A stretch of 64,000 nt of DNA from positions 37,690 through 101,689 of the forward strand of contig JBCNVI010000005.1 of assembly GCA_039630235.1 (NCBI GenBank). Reading direction: 5' to 3'. Position 1 is the first letter of the stretch. Every line of letters begins with the position of its first letter. This stretch comes from Candidatus Hydrothermales bacterium (GTDB lineage Bacteria > Hydrothermota > Hydrothermia > Hydrothermales > JAJRUZ01). This document shows positions 18,103 to 28,756 of the stretch, piece by piece. A model generated the notes under the pieces. That model was not told the DNA's origin and searched no databases. It saw only the letters and a list, made by a program, of their open reading frames with translations. The translations under genes were made by a program, and so were the position numbers.

Positions 18103-20857
18103 TTATAATTTTATGATGATTTTGAAAATAATTATAACCTATTACATATGGGCGCAGAGCAGCTGGGAGGGGGGAGCTAATCAGTTCTACTTTTATGATA
18201 CAACTAAATACTTAAATATAGAAAACTTAGATCCGTATAAGCCCCGCGGCAGTTTATCTCTCAGCTATAAAGGTTTTCTTCAAATTTTTCAATTAGACAC
18301 CTCTTCCCTCTCAAGAGTTACAAAAATAAAAGAAATTGATAACGTTTACTATTTTTTAAAGTCTTATCCTACAGCGAAGATCTTTTTTAGCCTTGACCTT
18401 GTAAATCTTCAGAGTTTTCCAGATTTTCCCTATCCTCAATACTTTCTAGTTGAATCTGTCCATGATATATTAAAAAAGGGTAATTTTTTTATTGTCTGCG
18501 GAAAAAAATACTGGGCTGAGGTTGGATTTATCTACAAGTTTGATAGAAATCAAAACAGTTGGTTATGGCCTCCCTTACAGATTGGTGGTGTTCAAAACAT
18601 TTATGGTTTTATCGACAACTTTCCACCTACTTACATAACTGCCTTCTCAAAAGGGACCTATCAATTAATAAAATCAAATGACCTTTTTTCTACCTTTTCA
18701 ACCTTTCAAATCTCCCCTGGCTTAGCAGCTGAAAAAATTGTTCTTGCACCTGACAATTCTATTCAAGATACACTCCTTGTTGGTATATTTTTCCTGAGTG
18801 GACTCAGAAATATATATTATTCAGATTACAATCCTCCTGAAGGAAGTTGGTATAATTATTATCCTACTTGGAAATCCTTTGAAGCTGGTGAAATCACCTA
18901 TAGACCAAATCCAGATTATGTTTATATACCTATCAGTAAGGCTGAAAGTAGCTTAATTAGACTTTTTAACGTAAGAACAAAAACTATTGATACAACTATA
19001 TATATTGATAATTCTGCTAGTTTTAAAGGTTTAACTCTTGGTGTAGATAAAAATCTTTATGCAGCAACCATTAATAAGATTTATAGGAGCCATGATGGTA
19101 AAAAATTTGAAGTTTTAGGTTCTGTTCCAAAAGCTTTTACAATACTTCAAACATCTGATTATGAACTTCTCATCGGAACAACTAATCCTGCAAAAATTTT
19201 CAAATCCTTTTACTCTGACTCAGGAGTTATAGAATCTTCAATCTTTATTTCTCGCGACAAAAAAGAGGGTAAAACATTGTTTAAAAGAATATACATAGAG
19301 GGTGAGAATATAAATTACGTGAAAATACAAATAAGAGGGGATACTCTAGATTCACTTAAGTCGGCAAGCCCGTGGGATCACATTCCTTATCTTCAAAGTG
19401 GCGATACAATTACACACCTTAATCCTAAATTTATTTATTTTCAGTACAGAATAAAGATGTATAAAACAGAAAATAATAAGACACCAATTGTTGATAAGAT
19501 TTACTTTGTCTATGATCTTGATACTACAGGCCCCTACATACTAAGCTCTTATATAAGTGATGGAAACTTTTCACAAGATGGGGTTGATTTTGACGATAGA
19601 CTCGTAATAGTTTTCAGTGAAGAAACTAATACACCCCGTATTAGCCTATCTGGAATTGATACATTGTTTTATATTTCTGGCGGAAAAACACTAGTTGGGA
19701 GCGATTCAATAAGATGGAAAAGTTCTGATACTTTAGAAGTTTTTATATATAATTCTCTTGCACCACCGCAAAATGGTGATACCATAAAAATTTTAAAGAG
19801 ATTTATAAGTGATGAGTGGGGCAATAAAAGGCTTTCTTTCGCGGTGATTAATGGCTCCTATGACGACTTTGTTCCACCTAAGCTAAAAAAAGTCTTACTC
19901 TCGGATGGAACCTTTCATAGTGACGGTGTTGAAAATGGGGACAGTGTAATAATGATTTTTTCGGAGAAAACAAACACACCTTATATTCCACCTGAATCCC
20001 TTGATTTTTGGTTTCCTTTAAAGAATAGATCTTGGCTAGGTGAGGGTTACAGTTTAGAAACAACTTGGAAATCTCAAGAAGTTTTTGTAGTTTTATTCTC
20101 AGGTGAAGGCAGAGAGCCTATTTTGAAAGATGACTCTATCTCAGTTTCAAATAGAAATAAAATTGAAGATCTTGCAGGGAACAGAATAATGCCACAGAAG
20201 ATAAAAACTGAAGGTTCTTTAGATAAACAAAGACCTAAAATTTATTCTTCAATTTTTTATGACTTTATACCATACTCTACTAATCCAAATTCTAATTTTG
20301 ACCACACTTTGATTAGGTTTACAGAACCTATTTATCTTTTGGGAGATGTTAACAGCTCCAACATTAATTCAGTTTTCAAATTATCCTTTAATCACTCTTG
20401 GTTAAGTGGAAATGGTGAAATCTTAAGAAGTGAACTCTTAAATGACACAATTTTCTTAATCCAATTTTCAACATCTGGAGGAAACCCAACAGTTTCAGAG
20501 GGAGATACGATCACACCTGATACACTCTTTTTTGTAGATAGAAATAAAAACAGAATAACAGGAAAATCAATTTTAGAAAGATATCAAAAACTCAATGAAT
20601 CTCTTAAAGAACCTAATTTTGTTTTCAGTGCGATTGGTAACAACTTGGTCATCATCTCACGCTATGACTTTAAGTTAAAGCTTTATGATTTAGGAGGAAG
20701 AAAGGTTTTAGAAAAGAATTATAAAAGCGGACTGAATAAACTAAGTTTTAATTTCACTCCAGGACAATACTTTTTAAGTATAGAAAGGAACAATAAGGAA
20801 ATTTTAAAGAAAAAGATTTTTTTAATAGAAAAAAATTTGTTAATAGATGAAAGATAA
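18080..20857 (+). CDS. Large secreted surface protein (925 aa) with T9SS/Por-type C-terminal sorting domain
   Basis: Hydrophobic N-terminus; the C-terminal ~70 aa (YDLGGRKVLEKNYKSGLNKLSFNFTPGQYFLSIERNNKEILKKKIFL) match the T9SS C-terminal domain (CTD) pattern (ydl.GrkV...G...l.....GvYf..i). Confidence 0.55.
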   Translation: MTKVLFLIYNFMMILKIIITYYIWAQSSWEGGANQFYFYDTTKYLNIENLDPYKPRGSLSLSYKGFLQIFQLDTSSLSRVTKIKEIDNVYYFLKSYPTAKIFFSLDLVNLQSFPDFPYPQYFLVESVHDILKKGNFFIVCGKKYWAEVGFIYKFDRNQNSWLWPPLQIGGVQNIYGFIDNFPPTYITAFSKGTYQLIKSNDLFSTFSTFQISPGLAAEKIVLAPDNSIQDTLLVGIFFLSGLRNIYYSDYNPPEGSWYNYYPTWKSFEAGEITYRPNPDYVYIPISKAESSLIRLFNVRTKTIDTTIYIDNSASFKGLTLGVDKNLYAATINKIYRSHDGKKFEVLGSVPKAFTILQTSDYELLIGTTNPAKIFKSFYSDSGVIESSIFISRDKKEGKTLFKRIYIEGENINYVKIQIRGDTLDSLKSASPWDHIPYLQSGDTITHLNPKFIYFQYRIKMYKTENNKTPIVDKIYFVYDLDTTGPYILSSYISDGNFSQDGVDFDDRLVIVFSEETNTPRISLSGIDTLFYISGGKTLVGSDSIRWKSSDTLEVFIYNSLAPPQNGDTIKILKRFISDEWGNKRLSFAVINGSYDDFVPPKLKKVLLSDGTFHSDGVENGDSVIMIFSEKTNTPYIPPESLDFWFPLKNRSWLGEGYSLETTWKSQEVFVVLFSGEGREPILKDDSISVSNRNKIEDLAGNRIMPQKIKTEGSLDKQRPKIYSSIFYDFIPYSTNPNSNFDHTLIRFTEPIYLLGDVNSSNINSVFKLSFNHSWLSGNGEILRSELLNDTIFLIQFSTSGGNPTVSEGDTITPDTLFFVDRNKNRITGKSILERYQKLNESLKEPNFVFSAIGNNLVIISRYDFKLKLYDLGGRKVLEKNYKSGLNKLSFNFTPGQYFLSIERNNKEILKKKIFLIEKNLLIDER

Positions 20858-21056
20858 GGTAACAATAAAAATTCCAAGACCCTTATACAACAAACTAAAA
20901 AAAATAATTGAAGGAACAGGATTTTCAAGTGTTAACGAATTTATTGTTTATATTTTAAGAGACTTGGCCTCCGCAAAAGAGGAATACCGAGAAGATTTCT
21001 CTAAAGATGAAATTAACAAAATAAAGGAAAAACTCAAAAAATTGGGATATTTATAA
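20847..21056 (+). CDS. Small ribbon-helix-helix (CopG/Arc-like) protein
   Basis: 69 aa, KVTIKIPRPLYNKLKKIIEGTGFSSVNEFIVYILRDL fits an RHH beta-alpha-alpha fold; no toxin partner is adjacent. Confidence 0.4.
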   Translation: MKDKVTIKIPRPLYNKLKKIIEGTGFSSVNEFIVYILRDLASAKEEYREDFSKDEINKIKEKLKKLGYL

Positions 21057-21066
21057 AAATTTCATA

Positions 21067-21096
21067 TTGACAGTTAGGCTACAATTGGAGTATAAT
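21067..21096 (+). promoter_or_regulatory. Canonical sigma70-type promoter (TTGACA-18 nt-TATAAT) immediately upstream of the TauE-family gene. It implies a leaderless or near-leaderless transcript.
   Basis: ttgaca (21067-21072), an 18-nt spacer, tataat (21091-21096), and the ATG at 21103. No SD sequence lies between them. Confidence 0.4.
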
Positions 21097-21102
21097 TAGA
21101 GT

Positions 21103-21900
21103 ATGAATGTATTAATTTTAATTTTAAGTTCTTTCTTTTTTGAATTTATTGACAGTGCAATAGGTATGGGATACGGGACATCCTTAACGCCTTTTTTAAT
21201 TTTACTTGGTTTTTCACCTAAGGTTATTGTTCCCTGTATTCTTTTCTCTGAGTTTGTGACAGGAATCTTAGCAGGTTTATTTCATCATATATTTGGTAAT
21301 GTAAAATTTGATTTTAGGAAAGATGAAGCTGTTTTAAAGAGGCTTTCTGGACTGGGTTATATTCCAAAGTCAGAAGATGCTAAAGTAAGCTATTTTCTTA
21401 CCATATTTGGTGTTATAGGGGCTATAATTTCTTCTTCAATTTCTATTAATTTACCTAAAGAAATTGTAACTCTTTATATTGCAATAATGGTGACAGCAAT
21501 AGGAGTATACATTATTATTAACTTAAACAGAAATATAACTTTCAATTGGAAAACCTTCATTTTCATTTCTCTTTTAAGTGGCTTTAATAAAGGGATATCA
21601 GCAGGTGGTTATGGTCCTCTTGTTACTGGAGGTCAAATTATTTCTGGCCGAAACGTAAAAAGTTCAATAGGAACCACTTCTTTTGCAGAAGGTTTTATAT
21701 CCCTTGTATCTTTTTCCATTTATACCATAATGGGCAAAAATATAAATTTTAAACTAATAATTCCTTTACTTATTGGTAGCCTTTTATCTGTTCCCTTCTC
21801 AGCTTTATTTGTGAAAAAGGCACCTGAAAAGGAACTAAAACTTGCAACAGGTTTAATTATAGTTATTCTTGGGTTATCAAACATTTTTAAACTCTTTTAA
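21103..21900 (+). CDS. Sulfite exporter TauE/SafE family membrane protein (DUF81)
   Basis: 265 aa, two 4-TM halves with Gly-rich motifs (GMGYGT; GGYGPL), typical of TauE/SafE. Confidence 0.6.
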   Translation: MNVLILILSSFFFEFIDSAIGMGYGTSLTPFLILLGFSPKVIVPCILFSEFVTGILAGLFHHIFGNVKFDFRKDEAVLKRLSGLGYIPKSEDAKVSYFLTIFGVIGAIISSSISINLPKEIVTLYIAIMVTAIGVYIIINLNRNITFNWKTFIFISLLSGFNKGISAGGYGPLVTGGQIISGRNVKSSIGTTSFAEGFISLVSFSIYTIMGKNINFKLIIPLLIGSLLSVPFSALFVKKAPEKELKLATGLIIVILGLSNIFKLF

Positions 21901-23272
21901 ATTTTTTTATAATTTCTTAATGAAGAACAAAATTTCAATACTTGTGATTGCTTTTTTTGCTTCTTTTATGACACCCTTTATGAACTCAAGCATAAATGTC
22001 CTTTTACCTGATATGGGTAAAAATTTAAATTTATCGGCAAAAACTTTATCATGGATAGCTACATCTCATCTTCTCTCACTTTCCATATTTCTTTTGCCCT
22101 TTGGTAAAATAGGTGATATTTACGGAAAAAGAAGAATCTTTTTATTAGGACTTTTAACTCATTCACTATCTTCTTTTTTAATTTCTATCTCCTCTATACC
22201 TTTTTTAATCATATTTTTTAGATTGATTCAAGGAATCGGTTCAGCTATGGTTTTCGGTATGGGTCTTTCAATTTTAACAGAAATATTTCCTCCTTCTGAA
22301 AGGGGTAAAGCATTTGGTATAAACTCTGCCTCTATATATACTGGACTTTCTTTAGGTCCTTTACTTGGCGGAATATTAACAAAAGAATTTGGATGGAGAA
22401 GTCTCTTTGTTTTTAATTCAATTTTTTCATTAATATCAGTCCTGTTTCTTTTATTCTCTTTAAAGAAAGAATTTGAGACTATTAGAAACGAAAAATTTGA
22501 TTTTCTTAGTTTTTTAATATACGGCCTTTCACTAGCAACCCTTGTGTATGGATTCACTGTAATCAATCAGAGCCATGGACTCCTATACTTTCTAGCTGGA
22601 GTCCTTATTTTAATTTTTTTTATAAATTTTGAAGCAAAAAGAAGTTCACCATTACTTGAAATCAACTTATTTAAAAAAAATCCTACTTTTTTATTTTCAA
22701 ATCTTGCGACGTTTATAAACTATGCTTCTACATCCGGAGTGAGTTTACTTTTAAGTCTTTATCTCCAATACATAAAAGGTATAAATCCAAGAGAAACAGG
22801 AATAATCCTTTTATCTCAACCAATTGTTATGGCACTAATTTCTCCCCTTGCCGGAAGAATATCAGATAAGATTAGTCCTGGTTTTGTTGCTTCTTTCGGC
22901 ATGTTTATCACTTTTATATCCTTATCACTTTTTACATCACTTGAGAACTCAACAGAAACTGTGTTTATCTTACTTAACCTTATTCTTATGGGTTTAGGTA
23001 TAGGCACATTTGCTCCCCCAAATATTAAATGTGTGATGAGTTCAGTTGACAAAAGATTTTACGGGGTATCTGCCTCTATGGTCGCAACAATGAGAGTTTT
23101 AGGACACCTCTTTAGCGTAGCAATAGTAACTCTTATTCTTAGCTATTTTTTAGAGGGGAAAAATATAAACAACACTAATTTAAACTTACTTTTAAAAGGA
23201 ACTAAAACATCTCTTTTATTATTTTCGGTTCTTTCTCTTTTAGGTATTTTCGTTTCTTTAAAAAGAAAATAA
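21869..23272 (+). CDS. MFS transporter (14-TM drug:H+ antiporter-like). The real start is likely the ATG at 21920.
   Basis: About 14 TM helices, MFS motif A-like GKIGDIYGKRR between TM2 and TM3, 467 aa. Confidence 0.7.
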   Translation: MGYQTFLNSFKFFYNFLMKNKISILVIAFFASFMTPFMNSSINVLLPDMGKNLNLSAKTLSWIATSHLLSLSIFLLPFGKIGDIYGKRRIFLLGLLTHSLSSFLISISSIPFLIIFFRLIQGIGSAMVFGMGLSILTEIFPPSERGKAFGINSASIYTGLSLGPLLGGILTKEFGWRSLFVFNSIFSLISVLFLLFSLKKEFETIRNEKFDFLSFLIYGLSLATLVYGFTVINQSHGLLYFLAGVLILIFFINFEAKRSSPLLEINLFKKNPTFLFSNLATFINYASTSGVSLLLSLYLQYIKGINPRETGIILLSQPIVMALISPLAGRISDKISPGFVASFGMFITFISLSLFTSLENSTETVFILLNLILMGLGIGTFAPPNIKCVMSSVDKRFYGVSASMVATMRVLGHLFSVAIVTLILSYFLEGKNINNTNLNLLLKGTKTSLLLFSVLSLLGIFVSLKRK

Positions 23273-23275
23273 CTT

Positions 23276-24589
23276 TTAATCCAGTAACCCTTTACTTTTG
23301 TACTTTTTCAAATATTTTTTAAAAAGTAGAGTTTGTTTGTTTTCAAGATCAATCTTTTTCCCCTGAATAAAGGCGTAGTGGACATTTGTTCTTATATCAA
23401 GGGGATTTCCATCTGTAACAACTAGTGTAGCATCCTTTCCTTTTTCTATTGAACCTACCCTATCGGATATACCGAGAATTTCAGCAGCATAAAGCGTTAT
23501 AGATTTAATACCTTCCTCAATAGGTAAACCAAAGGCACAGGCAGTAGCTACTTTGTAGAGAAGATTCCTGGCATTTGGAGCCGCATAGGGACTTGATGAG
23601 TTAGCTATACAAAACTTAACTCCACTTTTATAGAGCCTATAAGGCAAAAGGTACGGTTCATCGTAACCCTCATCCTCTCTAAACGGATTTATATGGATAC
23701 CTGTTATTACCACAGGAATATTTCTCCTTTTAAGCTCCTCAGAAAATCTCCAGGCATCATAGCCTCCCACAATTACAACCTTTATTTCCGGGAATTTTGT
23801 GAAAAAATCCAAAACATCTCTGATCTGAAAGTATTCATCAGCATAAACAAATAAGGGCACTTCGCCTTTTAAAAGTGGAATCATTGACTCAAATTTCTCA
23901 TCACTTTCATATAATTTATTCGAATTTTTAAGTTTTAAATACCCATAGGAATCTTCAAGGAATTCTCTTATTTTTTTCAAATTACTTTCATATTCTTTTT
24001 CAAGTTCTTCCTCAGATTTAACTCTCAAGTAGAACCTCTGAGTAAACTCTCTCTTTGAGGGCCACTTAAGGTAAATTCCGGAGTTATACTTTAAAACCAT
24101 ATCTTCTACACTCCATCCATCAAGCATAATAACGGAAGAAGTTCCTGTAATAAGGCCTCCCTGTGGGACTACATTAGCAATTAGAATTCCATTTGATCTT
24201 GTAACAGGAATAAGTTCACTGTCAGGGTTAATAGCTACTAAGGCCTTTGCGTTTGGGTTAAAATCTCCAACTTCAGCATAGTCAAGAGTTGCCTCAACAG
24301 ATGAAATTTCTATGAGCCCTAATATTGAGTTGGCATCAATAAAACCAGGATATACATGCTTTCCCTTTAAATCTATAACAGAGACATTCTCAGGAATCTT
24401 TATATCTTTACCTACTTCAATTATTTTTCCATCTTTAACCAAAATAGAACCATCAAGTATATCACCATTTTTTATCGTGTGAATTACACCATTAACAAGG
24501 GCAAGATACCCCCTTTGCTCCTCAGATGGTATCTGCAAATTTGCATATAAAGTTAAAAAAACTAAAGCACTAATATAAAACTTTTTCAT
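23276..24589 (-). CDS. Secreted amidohydrolase-family protein
   Basis: Signal peptide, then a metal-dependent amidohydrolase pattern (GFIDANSILGL; C-terminal KGKDATLVV..GNPLD), characteristic of the amidohydrolase superfamily. Confidence 0.65.
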   Translation of the reverse strand: MKKFYISALVFLTLYANLQIPSEEQRGYLALVNGVIHTIKNGDILDGSILVKDGKIIEVGKDIKIPENVSVIDLKGKHVYPGFIDANSILGLIEISSVEATLDYAEVGDFNPNAKALVAINPDSELIPVTRSNGILIANVVPQGGLITGTSSVIMLDGWSVEDMVLKYNSGIYLKWPSKREFTQRFYLRVKSEEELEKEYESNLKKIREFLEDSYGYLKLKNSNKLYESDEKFESMIPLLKGEVPLFVYADEYFQIRDVLDFFTKFPEIKVVIVGGYDAWRFSEELKRRNIPVVITGIHINPFREDEGYDEPYLLPYRLYKSGVKFCIANSSSPYAAPNARNLLYKVATACAFGLPIEEGIKSITLYAAEILGISDRVGSIEKGKDATLVVTDGNPLDIRTNVHYAFIQGKKIDLENKQTLLFKKYLKKYKSKGLLD

Positions 24590-27543
24590 TTGTAATCTCC
24601 TTTTGGCTTTGTTTTAAGTTTTTTATTTAAGTATTGATTTACAAGTTCAAGCTTTAAACTATCATCTCTTTCCCTAAGTTTAAGATCTAAATCTCTATCA
24701 AAAAATTTTCTTCCCTCAATATAAACTTCAAGAACTTTACTAAGGGGTGAAAGGGGGTCTCCATCCCATATCACAAAGTCTGCTTCTTTATCTTCTTCAA
24801 GTGAACCAACGTATTTATCTATACCCAGCTGCTTAGCTGGATTAATTGTTATAAGTTTTATAGCTTCTTCAGGGGAAAGTCCGCCATATTTTATTATTTT
24901 TGCTGCCTCAGTATTTAACCTTCTTGCAACTTCTGGAAAATCTGAGTGCAACGAAGTAAGAACACCCACTTTAGTCATCAAATAGGCCCCGTAAGGTATC
25001 GCATCGTATACCTCAAACTTATAAGCCCACCAATCAGAAAAGGTTGTAACCTTAAAATCAGCCTCCTTAATCTTTTCTGCTATCTTATAACCCTCAAGGG
25101 TGTGCTGAAAACATACATTTTTAATATTAAACTCCTTACAAAGATCTATAAACATTAAAATTTCATCTTGTCTATAAGCATGAACCCAAGCAAATCTCTC
25201 ATTTTTAATAACTTCAAGTATAGCCTCCTTTTCAAGATCTTTCCTTATAGGTTCTTTAGAGATTTTTAGTTTTTTCTCATAATCAATTGCAGCAAGAAAA
25301 TTATCTCTTATAATCTCTCTTACACCCATTCTTGTTTTAGGATATCTTCCTTTCTCTCCGAAACCAGGGTGTTTAGGATTTTCACCTAAGGCAAATTTTA
25401 AAATTGGTTTTGCTTTTTTATACAAAAGATCGTAAGGGTTTTTAACGCCCCATTTTAATTTAATTACTGCACACTGTCCTCCAATAGGATTTGCAGATCC
25501 ATGTAAAGTAGCTACTGTTGTGACTCCACCTGATAAGAGCCTATATATGTTAATATCGTATGGATCTAAAACATCACTAACTCTTACCTCAGAACTTATT
25601 ACGTCTCCTGTTTCATTTACATCTCCAGTAACAGCAATATGAGTGTGGGGATCAATAATTCCTGGTGTTATGTGTTTACCTCTTGCATCTATGATTAAAG
25701 CACCAGGCGGTGGCTTTATTTCTTTCGCAATTTTTTTAATTAAACCCCTTTCTATTAAGATATCATGATCATGAAGGATTCCCCTTTCACTTGCAGTCCA
25801 CAGTACTCCTCCTTTCACTAAGATATAGTTATGCATCTTAGGTAACTCAGGATAACCAAATGCTGAAGGCGGGAAAAAAGGTAAAGGTTCAATTTTAAAT
25901 CTTTCCACATATTCATCCTTTTTTTCTTCCTTGAAATCTTCTTCTTTTAAACTTAGAGAATAGACAAAACTTTGACCGTTTGGTAAGGTACCATGTCCAG
26001 TTATACTGCGATCCTTAACTTCACCAGTTAAATTCAAAAAGCCTTCATAACCCAATTCTTTACCATGAAAGACAAAAGTCACATGGTTTAAATAAAGCTT
26101 TATCTTATCAATATTTATTTTTTTATCGTTAATAAGTAATGCGCCTGTGTATCTTTCATCTTTACCCTTTAATTCAAAAATCCCCTTAATCTCTTTACCT
26201 TCAACATTCGCTGAAAATTCCCATTTTCCCTCTAAGTCAGGATACTCTCTTTTTAAAACAATCCTTTTACCATCAATAAACACCTCATAAATTTTACCTT
26301 TTTTAAAAATATTTCCGTCAGAAACAAAAAGGTGAGCGAGTTTTCCCTTTTCTATTGATCCAACCTTATCAAAGACTCCCATAAGTTTAGCGGGCATTTC
26401 TGTAAGTGCCTTTAAAGCATAATTCTCTGGAAAGCCCCGTGCTACTATATATCTTAAATTCTCCATAAACTTGGACGCGCTCTCTAATCCATAAGTAGTA
26501 AAGGCAAAATCAATTTTATTTTCATAGAGTAAAAAGGGATTGTAATAACTATACTTATAGTGTAAAAGTTTACTTAGAGGAACATTTATGGCTTCTTCTG
26601 GTGTCTCAAATCTTAGGTCTTCTACAAACTTTAAAGGCAATATTATGGGATTTTTAAAAGATTTTAGAAGTTCAATTTGTCTATACTCGTATCCTGAACC
26701 TAAAACTGTAAAATCAAGATTAAACTCATCTGCTATACTTTTAGATCTATAGAGAAAAAGATCATCAGTTGTTTCAAATATAACCTTTATTTTTCTATCA
26801 AGTAGATCCTCTAAATCTTTGAGATTTTCTACAAATTCAGGCTTTTTGACTCTTTTATTTTTTTGATAATAACTCCAGATCTCTTTATGCCATTTTACAT
26901 CGTAGAGAACTTGTCTTATCAGAGCAATTACTCCCATTAGAGAGGTAGGATAATCTTCTGAGGAGACTTTATCATCAAAACTTATATGTTCAAAAATATT
27001 CTTTTTTAAAAGGGTTAGGCTAGGTTTTTCGTTTAAAAGAGAAAAAAGAGCGCTTTTGCCCTTAAAAATTCCCTTTTCAGGTACAAGGAGAATCAGAGTA
27101 AAACCATTTGAAATGTAGCTTTTAATTAATTTCTCATCTGGCGAATAAAAATCTGCCATATCTAAATGGGGATTCACATTTTTATTCCAATAGTAGGTTC
27201 CTGCTTCTATTTTCTCATCTTTTGACGATCCAGGATGATAAGAAACAGCTTGTGTACCTTTATCCCTTGTCTCTTTTTTATATACAAAGTAAGGCTCAAT
27301 AAAACCTGGATAAATCCACTTGCCCTTTAAATCAATTATTTGTGCATCATTGGGAATTTTTATATCTTTTCCAACATCCTCAATAATACCATCTCTTATG
27401 ACCACCTTACCATTTTCAATAACAAAATCTGAATTAACAAATATTTTTGCGTTAATAAGAGCATAAACTCTTGGAGGATTCTCTCTTAAACCGAAAGTTG
27501 GGCCAATTTGAGTTAAAAGCAAAATAAGGACACTTTTTATCAT
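24586..27543 (-). CDS. Secreted double-length amidohydrolase-family protein (985 aa)
   Basis: Signal peptide; two amidohydrolase-like modules (PGFIEPY...; GIIDPHTHIAVTGD metal-binding HxH motif; C-terminal EADFVIWDGDPLS); ATGA coupling to the downstream amidohydrolase. Confidence 0.65.
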   Translation of the reverse strand: MIKSVLILLLTQIGPTFGLRENPPRVYALINAKIFVNSDFVIENGKVVIRDGIIEDVGKDIKIPNDAQIIDLKGKWIYPGFIEPYFVYKKETRDKGTQAVSYHPGSSKDEKIEAGTYYWNKNVNPHLDMADFYSPDEKLIKSYISNGFTLILLVPEKGIFKGKSALFSLLNEKPSLTLLKKNIFEHISFDDKVSSEDYPTSLMGVIALIRQVLYDVKWHKEIWSYYQKNKRVKKPEFVENLKDLEDLLDRKIKVIFETTDDLFLYRSKSIADEFNLDFTVLGSGYEYRQIELLKSFKNPIILPLKFVEDLRFETPEEAINVPLSKLLHYKYSYYNPFLLYENKIDFAFTTYGLESASKFMENLRYIVARGFPENYALKALTEMPAKLMGVFDKVGSIEKGKLAHLFVSDGNIFKKGKIYEVFIDGKRIVLKREYPDLEGKWEFSANVEGKEIKGIFELKGKDERYTGALLINDKKINIDKIKLYLNHVTFVFHGKELGYEGFLNLTGEVKDRSITGHGTLPNGQSFVYSLSLKEEDFKEEKKDEYVERFKIEPLPFFPPSAFGYPELPKMHNYILVKGGVLWTASERGILHDHDILIERGLIKKIAKEIKPPPGALIIDARGKHITPGIIDPHTHIAVTGDVNETGDVISSEVRVSDVLDPYDINIYRLLSGGVTTVATLHGSANPIGGQCAVIKLKWGVKNPYDLLYKKAKPILKFALGENPKHPGFGEKGRYPKTRMGVREIIRDNFLAAIDYEKKLKISKEPIRKDLEKEAILEVIKNERFAWVHAYRQDEILMFIDLCKEFNIKNVCFQHTLEGYKIAEKIKEADFKVTTFSDWWAYKFEVYDAIPYGAYLMTKVGVLTSLHSDFPEVARRLNTEAAKIIKYGGLSPEEAIKLITINPAKQLGIDKYVGSLEEDKEADFVIWDGDPLSPLSKVLEVYIEGRKFFDRDLDLKLRERDDSLKLELVNQYLNKKLKTKPKGDYK

Positions 27544-27568
27544 CTTAATTCTCCTTTTATATAGTGTT

Positions 27569-28756
27569 TTAAATTTTTCTCACGTACTCTTCAATCTCAC
27601 TTATAAGCTCTTCCTCTGCTCTTTCGATATCCACTATTTTTTTAAAATTACCCTTAACGTAAATTGCTGCCTTTTTTTCACCAATTCCAGGTAGTGAGAG
27701 CCCTATATCAGCAAATCTTGATTCTCCAGGCCCATTTACAACACATCCCATAACAGCTACTTTTAAATTTTTAAACCTTTCATCCGTAAGAGACCTTTCC
27801 TCTAAATAAGAGGCAATATTTTGAGCAATTTCCCTAAAAAGGTAAGATTTTGTTCTTCCACAACCTGGACAGGAACTTACCTCAGCTTTAAAAACTCTAA
27901 GACCTAAAGATTGCAATATTTCTTTTGCTACTTCAACTTCTTTTGTTCTTTTTTCTCCTACAGATGGGGTTAAAGATACTCTTATAGTGTCCCCGATTCC
28001 CTGTAAAAGTAGAGCACCGATTCCAATTGAAGATGCCACAATACCTTTTAGGCTGCTGCCAGCTTCGGTTAAACCAAGGTGCAAGGCAAACTTTACTTTT
28101 TTTGCAAGTTCTTTATAAACGTAAATAAGTTCATTTACTTCTGATACCTTACAAGATAAAACAATTTTATTTTCTTTAAGTCCGAGTTCCAATGCTTTAT
28201 TAGCAGAAATAATAGTAGATTCAACGGCTGTATCAAGTAGTACTTTTTTAAAATCGTAGGGGCTCTTTCTTTTTGAGTTAATTTCCATATTTTTTGTCAA
28301 AAGGGACCTATCAATTGATCCCCAATTTACACCTATTCTAACAGGTTTATCGTAATCTATTGCTATTTTTATCATTTCCTTAAAGTTTTCCTCCTTCAGT
28401 GTTGTGCCCGGATTTATACGGTATTTATCTAGCAATTCAGCAGTTTTTTTATATTTTCTTAAAAGAATATGGCCATTAAAGTGAAAATCACCAATAATAG
28501 GATTTTGAAAGCCCTTGTCTCTAAATATTTTTATTATTTCTGGTACTGATGCAGCAGCACTTTCATCATTTACTGTGATCCTGATCATCTCACTTCCACT
28601 TTGAGCAAGTTCTATAAGTTGATTCACAGTACTTTCAATGTCAGAAGTCCTTGTATCTGTCATGGATTGAATAACGGGCACTCTCCCCCCGCCTATAAAA
28701 ACGTTTCCGATTTTAACTTCAATTGATTTACGTTTTCTGTTAAAATTACCTTGCAT
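27569..28756 (-). CDS. ispG: 4-hydroxy-3-methylbut-2-en-1-yl diphosphate synthase (IspG/GcpE)
   Basis: Characteristic GcpE N-terminus (IGNVFIGGGRVPVIQSMT), a TIM barrel, and the C-terminal [4Fe-4S] ligands SSCPGCGRT...MGCVVNGPGE. Confidence 0.9.
   Translation of the reverse strand: MQGNFNRKRKSIEVKIGNVFIGGGRVPVIQSMTDTRTSDIESTVNQLIELAQSGSEMIRITVNDESAAASVPEIIKIFRDKGFQNPIIGDFHFNGHILLRKYKKTAELLDKYRINPGTTLKEENFKEMIKIAIDYDKPVRIGVNWGSIDRSLLTKNMEINSKRKSPYDFKKVLLDTAVESTIISANKALELGLKENKIVLSCKVSEVNELIYVYKELAKKVKFALHLGLTEAGSSLKGIVASSIGIGALLLQGIGDTIRVSLTPSVGEKRTKEVEVAKEILQSLGLRVFKAEVSSCPGCGRTKSYLFREIAQNIASYLEERSLTDERFKNLKVAVMGCVVNGPGESRFADIGLSLPGIGEKKAAIYVKGNFKKIVDIERAEEELISEIEEYVRKI

Noticed and set aside
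20847-21056. RHH protein as antitoxin of a toxin-antitoxin pair
   Set aside because: No adjacent toxin-like small ORF (RelE/ParE/PIN/Doc) is present on either side; it may be a standalone regulator.
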